A DNA stretch of 63,085 nt, filler included, from an uncultured bacterium (GTDB lineage: Bacteria > DYJV01), in the NCBI GenBank assembly GCA_964543655.1. It is 5 parts of 5 records of this genome, joined end to end, with 100 filler letters (N's around TTAATTAATTAA, not from the genome) between each part and the next. Parts side by side here need not be neighbours in the genome. Positions count along the whole stretch, not along the records: positions 59,169 to 60,876 come from CAZIZE010000070.1; positions 60,977 to 63,085 come from CAZIZE010000080.1; 3 more parts are not named here. One strand, written 5' to 3'. Positions 59,273 through 63,085 of the stretch are shown in pieces. Below the pieces are notes generated by a model that saw only the letters and a list, made by a program, of their open reading frames with translations, was not told where the DNA came from and made no database searches. Position numbers and translations under genes: made by a program. Positions within the stretch are counted from its first letter, which is position 1, and each line of letters begins with the position of its first letter.

Positions 59273-59393
59273 GTTTATAGTTCAACGTTGAAAAGTTCAT
59301 TAATAACAACAATTTAAGAATATTGCAAATGTCATTTCATACAAAAACAACCTTGAAGCAAGAGATTTTTCGGGCTAAAGCCCTCAAAATGAC
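59273..59393. repeat. Dispersed heptamer/REP-like repeat (copy 3)
   Basis: GTTTATA GTTCAAC GTTGAAA; TTAAGAATATTGCAAATGTCATTTCA; 37 bp identical to 22694-22730, ending CCCTCAAAATGAC. Confidence 0.8.
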
Positions 59394-59751
59394 AGCTTTT
59401 ATGGTAAATATAAAGCCTTTTAAAAAATTTATAATCGTATTTTTAATTTGTTTTTGTATCAAATAGGAAAATAAAGACCATTGCACAATAAAAAATAGCA
59501 AAATTTTATAAAATTAAGTAGTTATAATGGATTTTCCCTTATGCTCTGCTTGTAGTGTCAGAATGATTTTTTTGTGAGCATTCTAAAGGAGCGTAGCAAC
59601 TAAAGAATTTATAAGTTATTAATATAAATAAAAATTTTAGCAACAGCTAAAAACAGTGTGCAAAGTCTTGGCTAATGAAGTAAATTTTTCTTGACAATTC
59701 TTTAAATTTAATGATTAAGATTTTATTATTTTTCAAATTTCAGGATAATAT

Positions 59752-60876
59752 ATGGATAATATTGAGAAACTTCTTAATTGTAGGCACCATGACCCATTTT
59801 CCTTCCTTGGGCTACATTACGAAAACAATGAAACCATAATTAGAGTGTTTGAGCCACATGCAGATGATGTGCAGATATTCTTAATCAAAGAAAATAAATT
59901 TTTTCAAATGCATAAATTTGACAGAAGAGGCTTTTATAAAATTAAATTTAACAATAAAATTTATCCAAGAGATTACAAACTAAAAATTTTCTTTCAAAAT
60001 AATACAATTATTACCTATGATGTTTACTCATTTCCACCTGTAATTTCAGATTTTGATCTTTATCTGTTTAATGAAGGCAAGAATTTACAAATTTACAATC
60101 ACCTTGGAGCACATTTAAGAAATATTGATGGTGTAAATGGAGTTTTATTTGCAGTTTGGGCTCCAAATGCAGAGGGTGTTAGTGTTGTTGGCGATTTTAA
60201 TGCATGGGATGGACGCAAACATCAAATGAGAGTAAGAGGCTCTTCAGGAGTATGGGAAATATTTATTCCACATATAAAAGCTAAAGAGCTTTACAAATTT
60301 GAAATAAGGGGAAGAAATGGTGAAGTTTTTATTAAAACAGATCCTTATGGAAAATTTTTTGAAAAAAGACCAAAAACTGCATCAATAGTCTGGAAAAGTA
60401 ATTTTTCATGGAGCGACAATTTATGGATGGAAAACAGAGAAAAGTTCAACGATTTTTCTTCTCCTATTTCCATTTATGAAATGCACCTGGGGTCATGGCG
60501 TAAAGGCTTAAATTACAGAGAACTGGCACATCAGATAAAAGATTATGTTAAAGAGATGGGGTTTACCCATGTGGAAATTTTACCTGTAATGGAGCATCCT
60601 CTTGATGACTCTTGGGGCTATCAGGTTACTGGTTACTATGCACCAACAAGTAGGTTTGGTACTCCTGATGATTTTAAATATTTTGTTAATTATCTACACA
60701 ATCACAATATTGGTGTAATACTTGACTGGGTTCCAGCACATTTCCCTAAAGATTCACATGGTCTTGCAATGTTTGATGGAACGCATCTCTATGAGCATGC
60801 AAGTCCTTTAAAAGGTTATCATCCTGACTGGGACACATATATTTTTAACTATGGTAGAAATGAAGTTAGAAATTTT
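59752..60876 (+). CDS. glgB: 1,4-alpha-glucan branching enzyme (partial)
   Basis: [38 protein letters not shown]; cut by contig end. Confidence 0.95.
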
Positions 60877-60976
60877 NNNNNNNNNNNNNNNNNNNNNNNN
60901 NNNNNNNNNNNNNNNNNNNNTTAATTAATTAANNNNNNNNNNNNNNNNNNNNNNNNNNNNNNNNNNNNNNNNNNNN
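60877..60976. other. Artificial contig spacer
   Basis: N44-TTAATTAATTAA-N44. Confidence 0.98.
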
Positions 60977-61008
60977 ATTTTTTTTAATAGGTCAAGTATT
61001 TAGATTTT

Positions 61009-63003
61009 TTATAACAAGGTTCTTAGATAAACTATTTTATCCCTGAGCTCTGCTGCTTTTTCAAATTCCAATTTGTCTGCAAATTCTTTCATCTCTTTTT
61101 CAAGTTTTTTTATAAGCGCAGGGATTCTTTTTCTATGTATTTTGTTAAAATCTTCTATATTATCTTCAATTGTATCAACAGGAACTGTAAAATAATCTGT
61201 TAAATAGAGTAGATTCATGTCTTCAGAAATTTTCTTTTTAATTGTCTCTGGAGTAATATTATGCTCTCTGTTGTATTGAATTTGCTTTTTTCTTCTTCTC
61301 TCTGTTTCTTTTACAGCACGCTCAATAGAGCCAGTAATAACATCTGCATATAAAATTGCCCTTGCATCAATATTTCTTGCTGCTCTGCCTATTGTTTGGA
61401 TAATAGCTGTTTCTGAACGTAAAAATCCCTCTTTATCAGCGTCCAAAATCGCCACAAGAGCAACTTCAGGGATATCCAACCCCTCTCTAAGCAAATTAAT
61501 GCCCACCAACACGTCATATGAGCCTCGTCTTAATTCTCTAATAATTTCAATACGTTCTAATGTGTCAATTTCAGAATGAAGATAAACTGTTTTTATTTGC
61601 AAATCCCTGAGATAATCAGTAAGATTTTCAGCCATTCTTTTGGTTAATGTTGTTACAAGAACCCTATACCCCTTTTTTATTGTTCTGTTTATTTCTCCAA
61701 CAAGATCATCTACCTGATGCTTTGCAGGTTTTATTATAATTTCAGGGTCAATTAAGCCAGTTGGCCTGATTATCTGTTCAGCAACGAAATTTTTAGACTT
61801 TTTTAGCTCATACTTACCAGGAGTAGCTGAAACAAAAATAACCTGATTTATCATTTTTTCAAATTCTTCAAATTTTAATGGCCTATTATCAAGAGCACTT
61901 GGCAGTCTAAATCCATATTCAACTAAAGTCTCTTTTCTTGACCTATCACCTCGATACATACCATGAACCTGAGGAATGGTTACATGGCTTTCATCAATTA
62001 CAAGCAGATAATCTTTAGGAAAATAATCAAGTAGAGTAGGGGGTCTTTCTCCAGGTTTCCTGTTGGTTAAATAACGAGAATAATTTTCTATACCTTTGCA
62101 GTAGCCCATTTCTTCTAAGAATTCAAGATCATAATTTGTCCTTTGTAGCAATCTCTGTGCTTCAAGTAATTTGTTTTGATTTTTTAATTCTTTAACTCTA
62201 AGTTCTAATTCTTTTCTAATCTCTTTAATTGCATTTTTTAAAGTGTTTTCAGTGGCAACAAAGTGAGAGCCAGGATAAATGGCAATCTTGCTTTTATGGC
62301 AAATAGTCCTGCCAGTAATAGGATCAAATTCAGATATTTCCTCAATATAATCACCAAAAAAAATTATCCTTACAGCTTTTTCCTCTTCATAAGCAGGGAA
62401 AATCTCAATAATATCGCCTTTAACCCTAAAAGTCCCTCTGTGAAAATCGTATTCATTCCTTTCATACTGAATTTCAATAAGTTTTTTTAAAACAAAATCT
62501 CTCTCAACCTCACTATCTTTTTCAACATATAGCAGCATTCCACTGTAGGCTTCTGGTGAGCCAAGGCCATATATACATGATACACTTGCAACAATAATTA
62601 CATCATTTCGTTCAAGAAGTGAATATGTAGCTCTATGCCTTAATTTATCTATGGTTTCATTAATTGATGTGTCTTTTTCAATATAAATATCAGTTTGTGG
62701 AAGGTATGCCTCTGGCTGATAATAATCATAATAACTAACAAAATATTCAACTGCATTATGTGGGAAAAAAGCTTTAAATTCTTCATAAAGCTGAGCTGCC
62801 AATGTTTTGTTATGAGTTAATATGAGTGTTGGTTTATTTACATTGTTTATAATATTTGCAATAGTAAAAGTTTTGCCAGAGCCAGTAACTCCAAGTAGAG
62901 TTTGATATTTATTGTTGGATTTAATCCAGTTAGTAAGGTTTTTAATAGCCTCTACCTGATCTCCTTTAGGTGTAAAATCTGTTGTTAGTTTAAATTTTTC
63001 CAT
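61009..63003 (-). CDS. uvrB: Excinuclease ABC subunit B
   Basis: [43 protein letters not shown]. Confidence 0.97.
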   Translation of the reverse strand: MEKFKLTTDFTPKGDQVEAIKNLTNWIKSNNKYQTLLGVTGSGKTFTIANIINNVNKPTLILTHNKTLAAQLYEEFKAFFPHNAVEYFVSYYDYYQPEAYLPQTDIYIEKDTSINETIDKLRHRATYSLLERNDVIIVASVSCIYGLGSPEAYSGMLLYVEKDSEVERDFVLKKLIEIQYERNEYDFHRGTFRVKGDIIEIFPAYEEEKAVRIIFFGDYIEEISEFDPITGRTICHKSKIAIYPGSHFVATENTLKNAIKEIRKELELRVKELKNQNKLLEAQRLLQRTNYDLEFLEEMGYCKGIENYSRYLTNRKPGERPPTLLDYFPKDYLLVIDESHVTIPQVHGMYRGDRSRKETLVEYGFRLPSALDNRPLKFEEFEKMINQVIFVSATPGKYELKKSKNFVAEQIIRPTGLIDPEIIIKPAKHQVDDLVGEINRTIKKGYRVLVTTLTKRMAENLTDYLRDLQIKTVYLHSEIDTLERIEIIRELRRGSYDVLVGINLLREGLDIPEVALVAILDADKEGFLRSETAIIQTIGRAARNIDARAILYADVITGSIERAVKETERRRKKQIQYNREHNITPETIKKKISEDMNLLYLTDYFTVPVDTIEDNIEDFNKIHRKRIPALIKKLEKEMKEFADKLEFEKAAELRDKIVYLRTLL

Positions 63004-63009
63004 AGATTT

Positions 63010-63038
63010 TTTCTATTATTAAAAGCTATTTTTGTCAA
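63010..63038 (-). promoter_or_regulatory. sigma70-type promoter for uvrB, probably leaderless
   Basis: Minus strand TTGACA-N17-TAGAAA, 6 nt before ATG; no SD. Confidence 0.55.
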
Positions 63039-63085
63039 TTTAATATTTTAAAACGCTGTTATAAAAATAAATAAAACGATGTTTT

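Overview
AT-rich (roughly 30% GC by eye) bacterial draft-genome window made of five contigs joined by artificial 100-bp N/TTAATTAATTAA/N spacers (22482-22581, 49142-49241, 59069-59168, 60877-60976), so gene linkage across those joins is not real evidence. Gene content (IorAB, futalosine menaquinone genes, KdsB, ThyX, Re-citrate-synthase-like enzyme, double-cubane protein) suggests an anaerobic diderm bacterium; this is inference. Contig 1 holds a divergent, sigma54-driven organic-acid catabolic island (two CoA ligases, thiolase, PanE-like reductase, enoyl-CoA hydratase, 3-hydroxyacyl-CoA dehydrogenase, IorAB, TRAP transporter plus USP), then MoxR/VWA, mqnE/mqnC and kdsB. Contig 2 holds tRNA-Leu, an all-cytoplasmic F9-like chemosensory cluster (double-signalling-domain MCP, triple CheW, STAS, two atypical receptor-like proteins, CheA/B/R, two CheY, HEAT protein), an HD-GYP-type protein, a Cache-fused DRE-TIM enzyme, LeuC-like subunit, peptidases, coaBC, parAB and a type IV pilin. 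Contig 3 has two tRNAs, the rpmE-thyX-prfA-prmC-proC region and a double-cubane protein with its activator. Contigs 4 and 5 carry partial glgB and uvrB. Non-coding highlights: a parS-like site inside a CDS, four apparently leaderless genes, sigma54 and sigma28 promoters, and a composite heptamer-periodic/REP-like repeat family near contig ends, one copy of which forms the KdsB C-terminus.
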